From assembly GCA_903813345.2 (NCBI GenBank), contig CAIIXF020000001.1, positions 9,300,001-9,364,000 of the forward strand: 64,000 nt of DNA, in the 5' to 3' direction. A program made the translations under genes and the position numbers. Source of the stretch: Owenia fusiformis (lineage: Eukaryota). Of the stretch, positions 1 through 12,912 are shown one piece after another. The first letter of the stretch is position 1; every line of letters begins with the position of its first letter. The notes beneath the pieces were generated by a model, which ran no database searches, was not told where the DNA came from, and was given only the letters and a program-made list of their open reading frames with translations.

Positions 1-217
1 TATTGGACACCTGTGTATAGGGAAGGGTCACCCATTCCCAGCCAGTGATTTCAATACAGTAAAACCTGTCATATTGAAAACATCTCTGTGCACTTGTATA
101 GAACATCTTTTGCACCACATGGTTGCAAAGCTAGAAGCTAGCTTTTGCTATATTTCATTTAATTTGGATGGAACAAATGTCTTTTCTTTTTATCATAATG
201 TCAAATTACATTTTTAG

Positions 218-576
218 AGGCAGACAATCGATTAATGGAAATTGGAATGTGTGTATCTTGTCACCCCTGTAAAATAATGGACTCGCCCACTTGGTCTCTT
301 GGATCCACTTGCAAAACATATAACCATGTACTTGTGATGTATAATATAACTTATAATATTAAAAAATGGTTTCCAATTCTTGAATGCAATACATGTAATC
401 GCATAATCCTCCAATATAAGAATGTTCCTTTAAAGTGGCAGCAAAGAATTGTGAGTTTAAAATGTTGGAACCAACATTTTCAAGAAGCAGACAAATGTTT
501 CCATTATAATCCTAATTTATTATCTGAACAAGAGTTGAGATATTTTAAAAAACATTTGAGCAAAAACCTATTGTAA
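218..576 (+). CDS. Probable terminal coding exon of an unidentified Cys/His-rich protein whose gene starts before the window
   Basis: Acceptor tttttag ends at 217. Open frame (E)ADNRLMEIGMCVSCHPCK...CKTYNH...CNTCN...KCWNQH...KNLL* runs to TAA at 576. Family not recognised. Confidence 0.45.
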
Positions 577-1098
577 AATTCCAATAATTCACTAGCTTCA
601 ACTAGCTTCTATTCTTTGTTATCTCTTTAATCATGACTCAGTTACAGTGCCAATCCTTCTTTTTCATATTCATATATTGAAAAAAAGCTTTTATATTTTG
701 TTTTTATTGCTGGGGTGTTGTGACACTGAATTGTGATGTGATACATTAAAAGTTTACCCTTATGAGGGACGACTGTTTTTAAGAGCCTTAAGAATCTGCT
801 CAAATGTCTCAACAAAGGAAGCAAAGCCTTACACAAATGGTACAGCCATTCTTGGAAATTTAACCTTTTTTAGTAAGAACACAACAAAGTTTATTAAAGA
901 CTAGCATCACTATGATGATCTTGTACCTGGGTATTTAGACAACACATTACTATGAGGCTAAACACTTCTATGGTATTATATTTTTGGCAACTCTGAAAAT
1001 GAAAAGAATATGCTACTAAAACACTAGTGAAGTTGCATACAAGCAAAAGAATACCCTCTTTGGTTGTTAGATATATTTACCACATGTTGTGTCAGTCT

Positions 1099-1112
1099 GT
1101 TGCCATGGTAAC
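1099..1112. promoter_or_regulatory. RFX X-box motif
   Basis: GTTGCCATGGTAAC is one mismatch from the palindromic X-box GTTGCCATGGCAAC. A strong donor AG|GTAAGT follows at 1228, consistent with a non-coding first exon. Confidence 0.55.
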
Positions 1113-3394
1113 AGGGAGTGCAGTAGCTAAGATAGATAAGCTAAACAGAGAAGTATCCTGGCAACATATACTACAAGCCACCACAGAGCTGCTGATTAAC
1201 CAGATGATGTAAATTGGGAAATAGTAGGTAAGTAAAAAGTTATATAGAAATACCTGTTAATTATTTTTGTGAATCACTATATTTGGATTGATGTAAGTTT
1301 GGTGTTAAGAGACCTTATTACTACTTGGTGTTTTATGTATTCATGGTTTGGATACTTGCATGCAAAAACTTTTCACTGGTCCAAAGTGTTTTAATATTTT
1401 CTCATATGTACTTTATTAGTGTGGTTGTAATAAAGGCCAATAAAACTTCATTTTTTCTTTGCTAAAATGATGTACATTACAGGTAACACAGGATCAGTCT
1501 GATCATAAAACAAAGGATCACCCTGATCATAAAAACTTAATCAAAAGGTTGAGCCTGTAGAGACACTTTTTAGAATATTTTTGTTTTATTCCTTGTTCTA
1601 TTATTTTTCAATTTTTGTAGTTCAACTGTTTTTATATTCATCTTGGAAACAAGTTATTTTATTGTTTCAAGTATTCAATGTGGAATCATGGGCTTTCAAC
1701 TAGATGGTGGAACCTATTTTTTGTACACTAGAAGAATTCACTTAGAATCAAGGATTTGATTCTATATTATGAATCTTTTGACCTTTTCGATATATACGAG
1801 GCATAATTGGGATGGTAAGGGAACTATTGCTTAAAATAATTTCCATGGTACCTTTTCACCCCACTGTATGATGGTATGAAAGAGCAAACTTTTTCTATTT
1901 TTCTATTTGTAACTCATAATAAAGCACGGTAACATTCTTGAGAAGTTTGTAGTTTGATCTAGTTTTGACCAGTATTCATCATACAGTGCATGAAGGTATA
2001 CTATACAAGATTTGTACCTAAACTCTTAATCAAATTGACTGGATGTTTTTTAGACAAAGTAGAATCTAGCAGAATGCCAGACATTGCATTGAAGTTGAAC
2101 AGATCTGCTCTTTTGCTCAATGTTATGGTGAACTTCTAAAAATAACTGAAAAAGTTAGAAAATATATCTTATTTCTTCATACTAAAGTGTGCTTTGTTTG
2201 AAAAAAGGATTATTTTATTTTATTTGCTTGATATGAAATAGATTTTGAACTCCTGAAAATACAGGATGTTAGAATACAAAAAAATTAACATTACATTATG
2301 GTTGGTGTTAAAAAATCTAAATGTAATTTGAGATCAAAGTTTATCTCTTAAAATAAATCAGGTAGACAGAGCCTGTATGTAAGTGAAATCAGATGCAGGC
2401 ACAATCTTTTTTCAACTGTCATTTTTCATCGCAGCATAACAAACTTAATTGATTCCATATTTTAACACCAAGAGTTGCTTAAAACATATGTACGTACATA
2501 TGTGTAAAACAGTTTCAGAATGAGAAGCTGGCCTTCTGGTATGTAGACACATCTGACAGAACAGACTGGAAGATTAAAAAACAGAACCAGAATTTTGTGA
2601 ATTGAGCTTGCATCATTTTGCACTCCAATTCTATCCTTCAATACCTTATGTGAATGTATGTCTTTTTAACAGGCTTGAACATCACTAGATTGGAAGACAT
2701 AATCATTTAAGTCATCTGAAGGGTGCATTGAAACATGATTTTTTTAATTGCAATCTTACTTTAAGTCATTGAGATAAGCAAGCACAGAGGGCAACATTAG
2801 AATGCTGAAAAGCTATAATAGAAGCCCTTAAAGTACTTCTCCATCATTAGAAAAAATTAATAAATCAAAGATAGGATTCTCCCCATGTGTGGTCACCAAC
2901 CTATCATAAACTAACAACTCTGAAATATTCCATATATAAATAGTTTAGGTATCTTAGCCCTGACCAGGATTAAACCACATGAGAGGATAGACTCAAAGTG
3001 GACCCAATGTGCAACAGGAAACTGGATAAATAGATATACAAACCTGTGGCCAAGTTAGATAGATCCTCTTACTTATTGCTTCATTAACACATTCTTTGCA
3101 TGTTATTGCTAGGTTTGATATGAATCGCCTTTTTATTCTGACGTTTTGTGTAAAACATCACTTTAGGGTGATGCAGGAGTATCACAGAGTAAAGTGTTAT
3201 TTGTTTTGTTAAAGTCGCAATAAAGACTAGAGAGTGAAAAATAATTTCAAAAAGCATGCCAATATTTCCCTTACCAACTTAATATTATTTTCTGAGAAAA
3301 ATTAAGTTCTTTGACAAAGACTTTGGCAAAACAAAAATCCTATACCTGAATACTTTGAACAGAAAGCAATTTCTAATTGGAAATAGATACCATA

Positions 3395-3586
3395 CAGGCC
3401 CGTAGCCAGGATTTGCCAAGGGGGGGGGTCAGTTTTCAAAAATTTCCAGGGGGAGTTCACATTAGACAATTTTGGCCCAAATATGGCTAAAATCACTTGA
3501 GAAGTGCTCAAAATGGTGAAAAACTGCATGATTTTGAAAGAATCGCCCGAACCCTGTGAACCCCCCCCCCCCTGGCTACAGGCCTG
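3395..3586. mobile_element. MITE family A (CAGGCCCGTAGCCAGG TIR, 5-bp TSD; hAT5-like)
   Basis: Starts CAGGCCCGTAGCCAGG and ends CCTGGCTACAGGCCTG. Flanked by ccata on both sides. Homologous copies at 11339-11525 and 50658-50854. Confidence 0.85.
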
Positions 3587-5334
3587 CCATATGTTGAATT
3601 AAATGATAAGAAAGCAAAATTCTTTTACAATGGATTGATTAACTTCAAATTCGAAAAAAAAAACATGAATGAATTTCTTCAGTGTATTTTTCATCATTCT
3701 CTTAACTTCTCTATCTTTTTAATACAATGGAACATAAGAAAGATGAAGAAAATATTTCTACATTCTAAATATAACTCAATTTTGAAATGGAATTTTCTAT
3801 TATTTAGTTTCTACCATAGAGGGCTATGTTGTCAAATTCCAAAAGTTCTGATTCAAAACATATTAATTGCCTTCAATGTTTAAAATCATGTCCCAATCAA
3901 AAATTATCTAATAAGTTCACATTTTCTCAAGTAGAGTCATTAAAACTTGAAAATGTTCCAAGTAGATCCAAGCTGTTCAAGTCACCAAATACTGAGTCAT
4001 GTAAAGAACCAGGATCCTCTCAGAAAGTTAGATAGGTTTTTAACATTGAGTAATAGAAACACACTTTCACATTATTCAAAATGCCAAGATTCTTCTTGAT
4101 GTTACATTCTTTAATTTTTCTTGTAGGAGTTTTGTTTGTAATTGAGATTTTGAAATATATGTTTTGTGCTTTTCACCTCAGTTGAATCTGGCTTTCAGCC
4201 TATTTTTCACATGAGGAATTTTAAGTGGGAATTGCTCTTTTGAGAAATGGAGAATACACTAGCTTCTACTTCTGAGGAGGCATATAACTTCAAGATCAGT
4301 TCACTTCATGTATTTTAAGACATATTTTTATTATAGTCTACATTTTTCCAATTAATCCCTATTTGTATACTGTGCAGCATGAGCATGTGTCATGCTCTTT
4401 TGATCTACTTTTCTATTTTATTAATTTGCCTTTAGTGCTTTCTCATTAAGAGTCTGATTGTTTCTGAGAAAACTTCTTCAGAGAGTTTATAAATTGTATG
4501 ACCTAACCTAAAGTTATCTTTGCCAAGTGGGTGTCCTGTCAAAGTTTCACTTTCAAAATTCAGTATAGCATTACCATATCATAGCTTACAGACAGCAATG
4601 TGCTCAAGTGTTAGAGCTACCAGCCAAAGTGCAGGGTGATAATTACATGGATTAGATTATTTCTGGCATATCAGTACAATATTAATCATAAATCATTACA
4701 ATACTCTGTTGGTTTTGCTCCACCCAAAATACCAGTGCACACAGCTGAGTTAGTTCCATATAATGACTAGTTGAGTTTTTTTGTTAGTTTTATCATCATT
4801 TCACCCATCTGTGTTTTTTAAACAGCATGTTGTATTTAGATTCAGTTTACTTTATATAGGTCATTGAGAACTTCATCTGACACTTCAGTCACATTCAAAG
4901 AAAAAAATATTTCAAAATTAACCATTTATTTTTCTTTGTTTTTTGCTTGCCTGTTTCAACACACATCATATATGTAAACAGGCCTATTCATGAGTATTCT
5001 TTTATTCTTGCCAATTTTTTATATTTGTTCAACTTCTAAAATATTTTCTTAATTTTATTTCTTCTCATCAATCAACATGTATACTTTAGAGAATGTATCA
5101 AGTTGCAGTATTCCAGGATATTTCAACTGGTAATCTCTGGTTTGTTGATAGTTGATCAGAGTGGTTAACCACAATGTTTAGTGGTCTAAGAACTTTGGGA
5201 TTTGGCTAAGGTGAAGCTGACATTGCTCTGTTTTCTATTACAGAAGTCACAGAAGTTATCTAAACAGTGTGGGAAACTTGGAACATTGTGAGAGCTACAG
5301 AGGAGCATTTCATCTTGGAGAAAGCGTATTGGTT

Positions 5335-5600
5335 GATGAACAAAGTGAGTGAGTTGATGCTCTAAAGCAAGTGATGTTATCTTAGGAAATAAGCAAGTTA
5401 TTTGGTGATCAAAGCAAGTGAGCCGATAAATAAACCAAGTGATTGGAATGAACAAAGCAGGTGAGCTCATGAACAAAGCAAGTGAGCTCATGAACAAAGC
5501 GAGTGATCTTGTTGAACAAAGCAAGTCATATTGATAAACAAAGCAAGTGATTTGGGACACAAAGCAAGTGATTAAGAATATTGAACAAGTGATTTGGGAT
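5335..5600 (+). repeat. Degenerate ~21-bp minisatellite (core AACAAAGCAAGTGA) upstream of the GT31 CDS
   Basis: Repeated units such as gaacaaagcaggtgagctcat, gaacaaagcaagtgagctcat and gaacaaagcgagtgatctt. Confidence 0.8.
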
Positions 5601-5702
5601 ACATACCAAGTACTGTAAGACACAAAACAATTGATACACCCGCGAAGCATGATGTACAATATGGATATTATATTACAGAAGTGATTACAGGAAAATCTAA
5701 AT

Positions 5703-6749
5703 ATGAAGTCAAGAATGAATCGAAAAGTGTTGACATGTGGTGGAGTATGTACTGTGATATTCATAATCTCACTAACTATAAACATATTAGCTCTCATATT
5801 TGATGCAAGACGGGAAATTTACATTTTAGATGCCGAATCTCACCAAAGAGACATCATGTTCAACAATATTAATTTGACAACCAATATTGTGCATACAAAG
5901 CACAAAAGAAATACAAATCATCAAAATTCATTTTTGATCAATGAACCCAAGAAGTGTGGAAACTTTGGAGCAGTGTCATCTATTGATCCACCAACTATAT
6001 TAATAGCCGTTCTTTCATCTGTGAAAAACAAACACAAGCGGAATGCAATAAGAAAAACTTGGGCTGAAAAAGCCATTAAAAATAAGTCGATAAAATTGAT
6101 TTTTATTCTGGGTGTAGAATTAGAGTTCACTGAAAAGGACCAATTGGTGATACAAAAAGAAAGTGAAAGTTATCGTGATATCATCCAGGTGGATCTAGTC
6201 GACACTTATAAAAACTTAACTCTCAAGTCTCTTGCCATGCTAGAATGGACACAGACGTATTGTGATTCTGTCCGATTCCTTGTAAAGGCAGATGATGATT
6301 CATTCATTAATATTCCAAACTTGATCAAATTATTATTCATTCATTCCAGAGAATCATATCAGAAAGTGATTTTAGGGTACATATTCAAAGAGGTTGAGCC
6401 AATTCGCAATACAACATCTGTATACTTCACCCCCAAAACAACATACAACAATACCATATTTCCTCCATATGCTTCTGGAGGGGTATATGTTATATCTAGA
6501 ACTTTAATACCTGACATATTACATGCTTCAACTACACTGCGGTACTTCTTCATGGAGGATATTTATATAACAGGACTCTGTGCAGAGTTAACAAATGCAA
6601 GCCATATTCATATTTCCACAATTGAGTACAGGAAGATTATACTGGATCCTTGTATTTACAAACATCTCATATCAGCACATGGATTAGGTATTTCAGAACT
6701 CTATGAAATATGGAGGTTGATGCTTTCGGATGGTAGATCATCCTGTTAA
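5703..6749 (+). CDS. Beta-1,3-galactosyltransferase-like (GT31; B3GALT1/5-like), single-exon CDS, 348 aa
   Basis: N-terminal type II TM (VCTVIFIISLTINILALIF). GT31 motifs RNAIRKTW, DIIQVDLVDTYKNLTLKS, FLVKADDDSF (DxD), FPPYASGGVY and EDIYITG. Confidence 0.93.
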   Translation: MKSRMNRKVLTCGGVCTVIFIISLTINILALIFDARREIYILDAESHQRDIMFNNINLTTNIVHTKHKRNTNHQNSFLINEPKKCGNFGAVSSIDPPTILIAVLSSVKNKHKRNAIRKTWAEKAIKNKSIKLIFILGVELEFTEKDQLVIQKESESYRDIIQVDLVDTYKNLTLKSLAMLEWTQTYCDSVRFLVKADDDSFINIPNLIKLLFIHSRESYQKVILGYIFKEVEPIRNTTSVYFTPKTTYNNTIFPPYASGGVYVISRTLIPDILHASTTLRYFFMEDIYITGLCAELTNASHIHISTIEYRKIILDPCIYKHLISAHGLGISELYEIWRLMLSDGRSSC

Positions 6750-7590
6750 CATGTGGATATTATACTTTTATATGGATAAATAAGCTTGTTAATACAAGGA
6801 TATTACTGCTTTTACATGGTATATCATATTGTAAACTGATTATTTATATTCATGACTTTCCTATGGTATATTACATTAATATTACCCTTGTTTCAATGGG
6901 TTATGCTTTGTGTGGTATCTTTATTGTAAACTATTGTTCATAGCTGCCTACTTTCACATGATATATCAGATAACAATTATCATAAGACAAAATGTCTGTA
7001 CAAACGTACTATTTCAAATGGTGTATCATTCTGTTATGGAAGTTAATTTTTCACATGATATATCAATGAATGATTTTCACTTGATAGCCTGTTTGAATAA
7101 TTTTTTCATCTTTCTATAAGAATATTTTAGTACATCGATTTGTTAAGACAATTGTGAAAGCATTTTTCAAATACATTTTAAATATTTTTCGAAATATAAT
7201 GGAATGATAGACACATGAAAATATAATGTTGACTGTGATAATATACACTATAATAAAATGACGGTTGTGTTCATGTTGTAATATCTATGATGCGAAGATG
7301 GAATGTACAGGGTGGACCGAAATGTCAATATTTTTGATTTTTCTATAAGGTTTTGATTTCAATGATATATTTCCACAGGGATGCAGCAATCAATAATACA
7401 TCGTCATTCGATCGTAAAACTGGTGTAATTATAGCATTTAATAGTAGTTTTTGAATGAGTATGGTAAACAGTCAAAAGGGGTATGAATGCAAACTCCCGG
7501 TTTGGTAAGTTAACCTTTTGGTGTTACAATTTTACGGTTGTTTTAGGTTACGTTATGTAATCAATACACACATTTATTTTCTAGATCTAA

Positions 7591-8168
7591 GCTTGTATTC
7601 GCGAATGCAACTTTCGGATAGCGGCTGCCGGATTGATTGCAATTTGATGGCAAACTAATTTTTCGAGCTTTCGAGTCAAACCCAATCACTGACCTAAATA
7701 ACTGGTTAATCTGTCTGTTTAGCAACAAGTAACAATGGTGTACGATCTGTTGCCTAATTCAACCTAGCGGCTTTATTATAATTGATTGTAAGCCTAAAGT
7801 GGCATAAAAAATCATGCGATTACTGATCACTGTTCGTCGACTTACGGATTGTTCGGCAAATCAACTTCAAAATGACGGGTCAATTTTATAATTTATGAAA
7901 ATCAATAGGTTAATCCGGTAACCGATACCGAAAATCGCTAATTCGCGAATACAAGCTGTAGCCGACACCCGAAAGTTACATACGCGAAGTCTTGGCATGT
8001 TATCACGGCGAGCTTTCGGCTGTCGACTACCGAATTAAACTATTATTTCATGACCAACTCATTTAAACATGAACAGATGAATCGAATAGAACTATTCATA
8101 ATTAAATGAGAGAAAATAGTAGGTTAATCCGGTAGCCGCTAGCCGCTATTTGCATTCGCGAATACAAG
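7591..8168. mobile_element. MITE-like element with inverted ends (cttgtattcgcgaat / attcgcgaatacaag)
   Basis: Left end cttgtattcgcgaatgcaa at ~7592. Its reverse complement recurs at ~7940-7957 and ~8147-8168. Confidence 0.65.
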
Positions 8169-8277
8169 GTTAACTTATTTGTCTTATGATACTTCTTATA
8201 TTCTATTTTTGCCTGGATTTAACAGAACATTCTGAACACTCATGACTTTACCCTATTTGTTTTTCCGACAGACCGTG

Positions 8278-8500
8278 TCGATATGGAGAACTGAATTCAA
8301 CAATGTTTTTCTTTTAAACCAATCATTGAGAACATTTTGTAAAAAAACACGGTATTTCATGTAATGTTGACTGATTGACAACAATTTAATGCGAAAATTA
8401 TTTAGAAATATTTTATATAACTGTTTTTGTTAACATTTTTTGTTTTTTAGTACAATTGTTTTTGCTCCTTTCTACCAATTCTTGAGAATGAAATGAAAAG
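8278..8500 (+). mobile_element. Fragment of the MITE family seen full-length at 20341-21065
   Basis: tcgatatggagaactgaattcaacaatgttttt...ctttctaccaattcttgagaatgaaa aligns by eye with 20351-20566. Confidence 0.75.
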
Positions 8501-9610
8501 GCAAAACCATTAGTAGATTTCGATATAATCCCTCTACCCAAGTAACCCATTTCATGGCACTGGCCGGGTTTGTTGTCATTACACAGTTACAAGCAATATT
8601 ACTGATCATTTCAGTAAAAATGGTGACATTACACTTCGAAGCGGAAATGGAGATAATGTTTCACAGCTAGTTCGGAGTGCGATACTATGTACGGTACACA
8701 TACTTGATAAGAAATCATATATACATTTCAGTAATAATTAATCAAACATATTTAACCATAACAAAACCTATTTGCAAAATTATTGAAAAATTGTATTGAC
8801 TGATTGGTCAATTTGTAAACAAAATTAACAGAGAGTTGCAACAGTGTCAGAGTTGGACATTTACGACGAACTTAACACAAATAATAATTCAATTAAAATA
8901 TGAGTCACCAAATATTTATTTAAAATTAACTGATGATGACGTTTTTAAAATCAACTGAGTGGAGTAATGACGTTAATGAACGTGTGGGTCATCGGGGCAA
9001 TACACACGTCGCTCTTGAAGTGCTTGGATAAATAATTGCTCTCACTTCAGACTAGGTTTTCAGAAGTGGTCTAAATAATATTGACACTTTCTGATCGGGT
9101 CACATGACCTATTGGAACCAATTGGAGAAATGTACACGCAAATGATGAAAAATAAATACTTTAAGTACACCCCGAGCAAATAGATAAAACAATGGACTTT
9201 GATCTTAACATACTATATGCCGTGCCTTTGGATATTGTAGTGCAAACAACCTTATTCAAAACAACTCATCTGATTTTATTGAAATATAAGTGGCACAAGC
9301 CCATAAGTTTTAAGTTCTAGAAAATCAATTTGTATGTCCTTACACTTCAGACTTTACACATGCATTGGCTGCCCAAAGTAAGAAATCACAGGATTTATTG
9401 CCAGTAGACTGAGAATATAACTATAAAGCTATAGCTAGCGAGTACAGAGTGTCTTATTAAAGTTTGTAAATCTCAAAATGAAACAAATCGTGAAGCTCAG
9501 TTCTGGCACTGACTGATGTCAACATATGCATTTATAGTCAGGATCATTGTTAGTTGAACCAAAAACTTGTGACGGTTTATGAAAACGATGCAGTGAGTGT
9601 TATTGCCAGC

Positions 9611-10427
9611 ATGGAATCTGAATCGGAGAAAGCCATCAGACATAAACGTTTACAAAAGGTATATTTCGCCAATGATCCAAAGGGGCAGGATGGTGCCTTT
9701 AGAGACTTCAGACCACGATGTAGCTCTATCGCCAGTGAAAGACTGCTTCAAAAACAATACGCTAGAAAAGCAGCGCGAGGATCGGACGAATCATCCACTC
9801 AGTCTATGGGGCAACCCCTTACTGGGGCCCCGAATCCCACATATGCAACAAGGGCAGGGACATGTTGTAGATGGCTTGAGGACCGTCTACAGCCATTTAG
9901 GAAGAAGGAAGCAGTATTTTGTTTGATTGGGGGTGTGACATTGATCATTGGAGTGATTCTCATTATTATCAGCTTAGCTAACTCCCATGGAGTTTTCTGT
10001 GATTGTGCAATGGCTGCTAGGTCGTGTAAAGCGGACTTCACAAAGGTAGGCACCTCTAACAGTGTCGGTCTACGAGTTTCAGAAGGCCATATATTCTAAC
10101 ACAAAATATTGTAACACAAAATCATCGTCAATTTCCCTAGGGTTCAACGTCCATGTATAATAGTGTTAGTTTTCCTTATATACACATTAACATACAAGAA
10201 CCTTATATTGAACTCTGGTATTGGTTTTTCAGAACGTTTATATTTACCCGACTTCAAGCAACATTTCTGAAAGGGACACCCAGCATCAAGAAAAAACTGT
10301 TGATCAAGTTTCCCCGACCATGTCTACAACGACAAGAAGACGTCCCACAATCAGACCAACAGGTAAATCAAAGGACAGTAAACCAATCTTTCATCGGCAA
10401 GGCGTGCCCATTTCCCAAGTGACATAG
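9611..10427 (+). CDS. Uncharacterised transmembrane protein (exons ~9611-10045 and 10233-10362/10427; possible 3' exon 17786-17975)
   Basis: ORF MESESEKAIRHKR... carries a hydrophobic segment AVFCLIGGVTLIIGVILIIISLA. Donor AAG|gtaggc at 10046 joins acceptor ttttcag|AAC at 10233 in phase 0. The Thr/Pro-rich second exon stays open. The 3' end is uncertain. Confidence 0.6.
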
Positions 10428-10769
10428 ATTTCTTTCGACCATCCCCTTTGTGCTTTTTGGATGGTTTGATGATTAGACTTATGGACAAATTAATTTGGGT
10501 GTTACCAAAGTGAGAATATGAGAAAGAAGACGATAAGACCTTATAGATTCAGGGGGTCGTTTCCAAAAATGTCGTAGACTTACGATATCGTAACTTCACG
10601 ACAGTCGTAGGAATGGGGAAAGTTACGACAAACTTACGACTGTCGTAGACTTACGACAGATCCGTTTCCATAAAAATCGTAAGTCTGTCGTACGAATTCG
10701 CAACTCACGACAAGTTCCACGATAAGTGATGCGAACGTCACGTGACATTCTTATTTAAAATTTTAGTTG

Positions 10770-12285
10770 TATTCACCTTTCCCCAAAGTCCAAAGTGTAC
10801 TCATTTGACCGGTGCGCTGATTGGACGATATAAATCAATGACGTCAAAGCAGGGCACATTTCGCGCCAAAACTTCAATTAGTATTAGATCGCCGATTGAG
10901 TAAAATAGATCTCATTATAAAATGATAACAAAACTAAGTGACATATATTTTTCTGACTATTTTGTCTTAAGCCATGTCTTAAATCCCGGGTCTTAAATAC
11001 ACCATCAGGTAAATCAAACCATAGAAATAATTGTGATACGAGTGCTCATCTTTGAACAAAGTGAATCCAACTACGCAAACCAAAGATTGACAGTCATTCA
11101 AACAATAAGCCTGTATGGATTAGGAATATACATTTATCATGATTATTCAATTAAATAGTTCATTATGTTTCTATTAAAAAGTATATGAAGAACAGTTTTA
11201 AATGTCAGAGTCCACTTGCATTTTTCTCATCGGGTTGCCCAAATAATTTGCGATTGCTCATGGTCAAATTATATGAAGTAAATAATATTCATCATACTGT
11301 ACTAGTTTGCATTTTAACTGCAATTCAAAGCTTAATTACAGGCCCGTAGTCAAGGAGGGGGGGGGGCGGAAGGAGCGACCGCTCCCCCTCCCAGAAATTC
11401 TTTAAAAATCATGCAGTTTTTTATCATTCTGAACACTTTTCGTATGATTTTTTTGCCAAAACTGTCGAAAAGCTCCCCCTTAGTAAAACCGCTCCCCCAG
11501 GTAAATCCTGACTACGGGCTAAGTGAATTGCCAGAGTTTCTCTCTTGTAGGTCTACGTCCAAAAATATCCTGATAGTTCTCTAAAAAAATCGATATTTAT
11601 AAGAACGCCCATGGGCTTTTCAAGAGATAAATCTCTTCAAATAGACGATCGTGGGTAAAACAAGCAACTCTGGTACATTGTCTCAAAGCATACATGAACG
11701 GCTTTAACATTGTTCAATGAAATTAGTCATCACACATGTAACCATTGTCAAATTCTTTGCATGGCAGACATAAAAGTAACATTTTCATGTGGTATAATAG
11801 TTGGCTGAACGTAAGTGAAAATAACGCACCGTTGGCCCAAATTTGAGAGTCGAATACTTTTTCTTCAAGGTTAAGCCCTATCCCCCTTTTCACCCCATGA
11901 GAAAATATTACACGAACTTAAGATTACCATGAGATGTTGACATTTTGACAGACGAGAACTAAACATGGGGTTTTGTACAATCGACGTAATTTGAAAATGT
12001 ACAGGAAACATTGGACTCTTCACATTAATATTACTCTATTTATTTGATTCCCCAGAACAATATAAAGAAGGGGGAATATAGACGTGAGTATAATTAATTC
12101 AATTCCATGACATTTATCATAAATATTATTACTACTCAACATAATTTGACAATAGAATTAACCCGTTTCTGTCACGATTCACATTGACTCCTAATGTGTT
12201 TAGATTTTCCCGCGAAAATCTGCGTCAGAGATTTCAGATTTGCTAATTATAATATTCATGAGCTGACTTTGGGGAAAGGTGAATA
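10770..12285. mobile_element. Nested TIR element (21-bp TIR TATTCACCTTTCCCCAAAGTC)
   Basis: tattcacctttccccaaagtc at 10770-10790, exact reverse complement at 12265-12285. TSD not resolved. Confidence 0.6.
11339..11525. mobile_element. MITE family A copy (degenerate)
   Basis: caggcccgtagtcaagg...cctgactacgggct. Internal aaaatcatgcagtttt is shared with the other copies. Confidence 0.75.
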
Positions 12286-12912
12286 ATATGGTGTTCTAGT
12301 CCTGTAGTGTTGTATTTATTGAAAGTTATTGATTTGTTTAAAAATGAAATCACAGGCCCGGGATCATAGGCCCGTCCCCGAGGGCCCGTCTTAGTAGACG
12401 GTCAACATTAATAAGTTTTACATCAAATAACGCAAGAAGGAAGACAGCTTTGGTACAGTTCCATGATCATCATACACCAGGAATTCTATGACTAAGAAAT
12501 AATTATGAACCAAATTAACTTAACTTATTCTGAATGAACAAAATCAACTTAAAAGCCCCATATAAAGTTTAAACCACTTTGGCTTACATCTTACCCAATG
12601 TTATCATAGTGTGAAACGTTTTTTTAAATTCAAAAAGTGGATTTTGAAGGACTTTTTGTTCAAAAATAGTGAATTTATTTAAGACTAACTTTGAGAGGTC
12701 ACACGTATCTTTTAATAAGCGATAATTCATACCAATACTTAGTATTCATCCTCACATGTTTTTTTTGCCAAAATCTTTTTAAAGGAATATTTTAAACTAT
12801 GGCAATGCAATTATCGTTAAGTTTCTGGAATTAAATGCCAAAAAAGACCTTGACATATTCATTGAACCCACATGTACATACTCTTGTTTATGTTACAACC
12901 AACACAAATATA

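Noticed and set aside
3302-3529. ORF similar to 50617-50829
   Set aside because: Both are chance translations of MITE family A copies.
5186-5797. 203-aa minus-strand ORF
   Set aside because: It is mostly the antisense translation of the minisatellite and overlaps the GT31 start. No recognisable domain.
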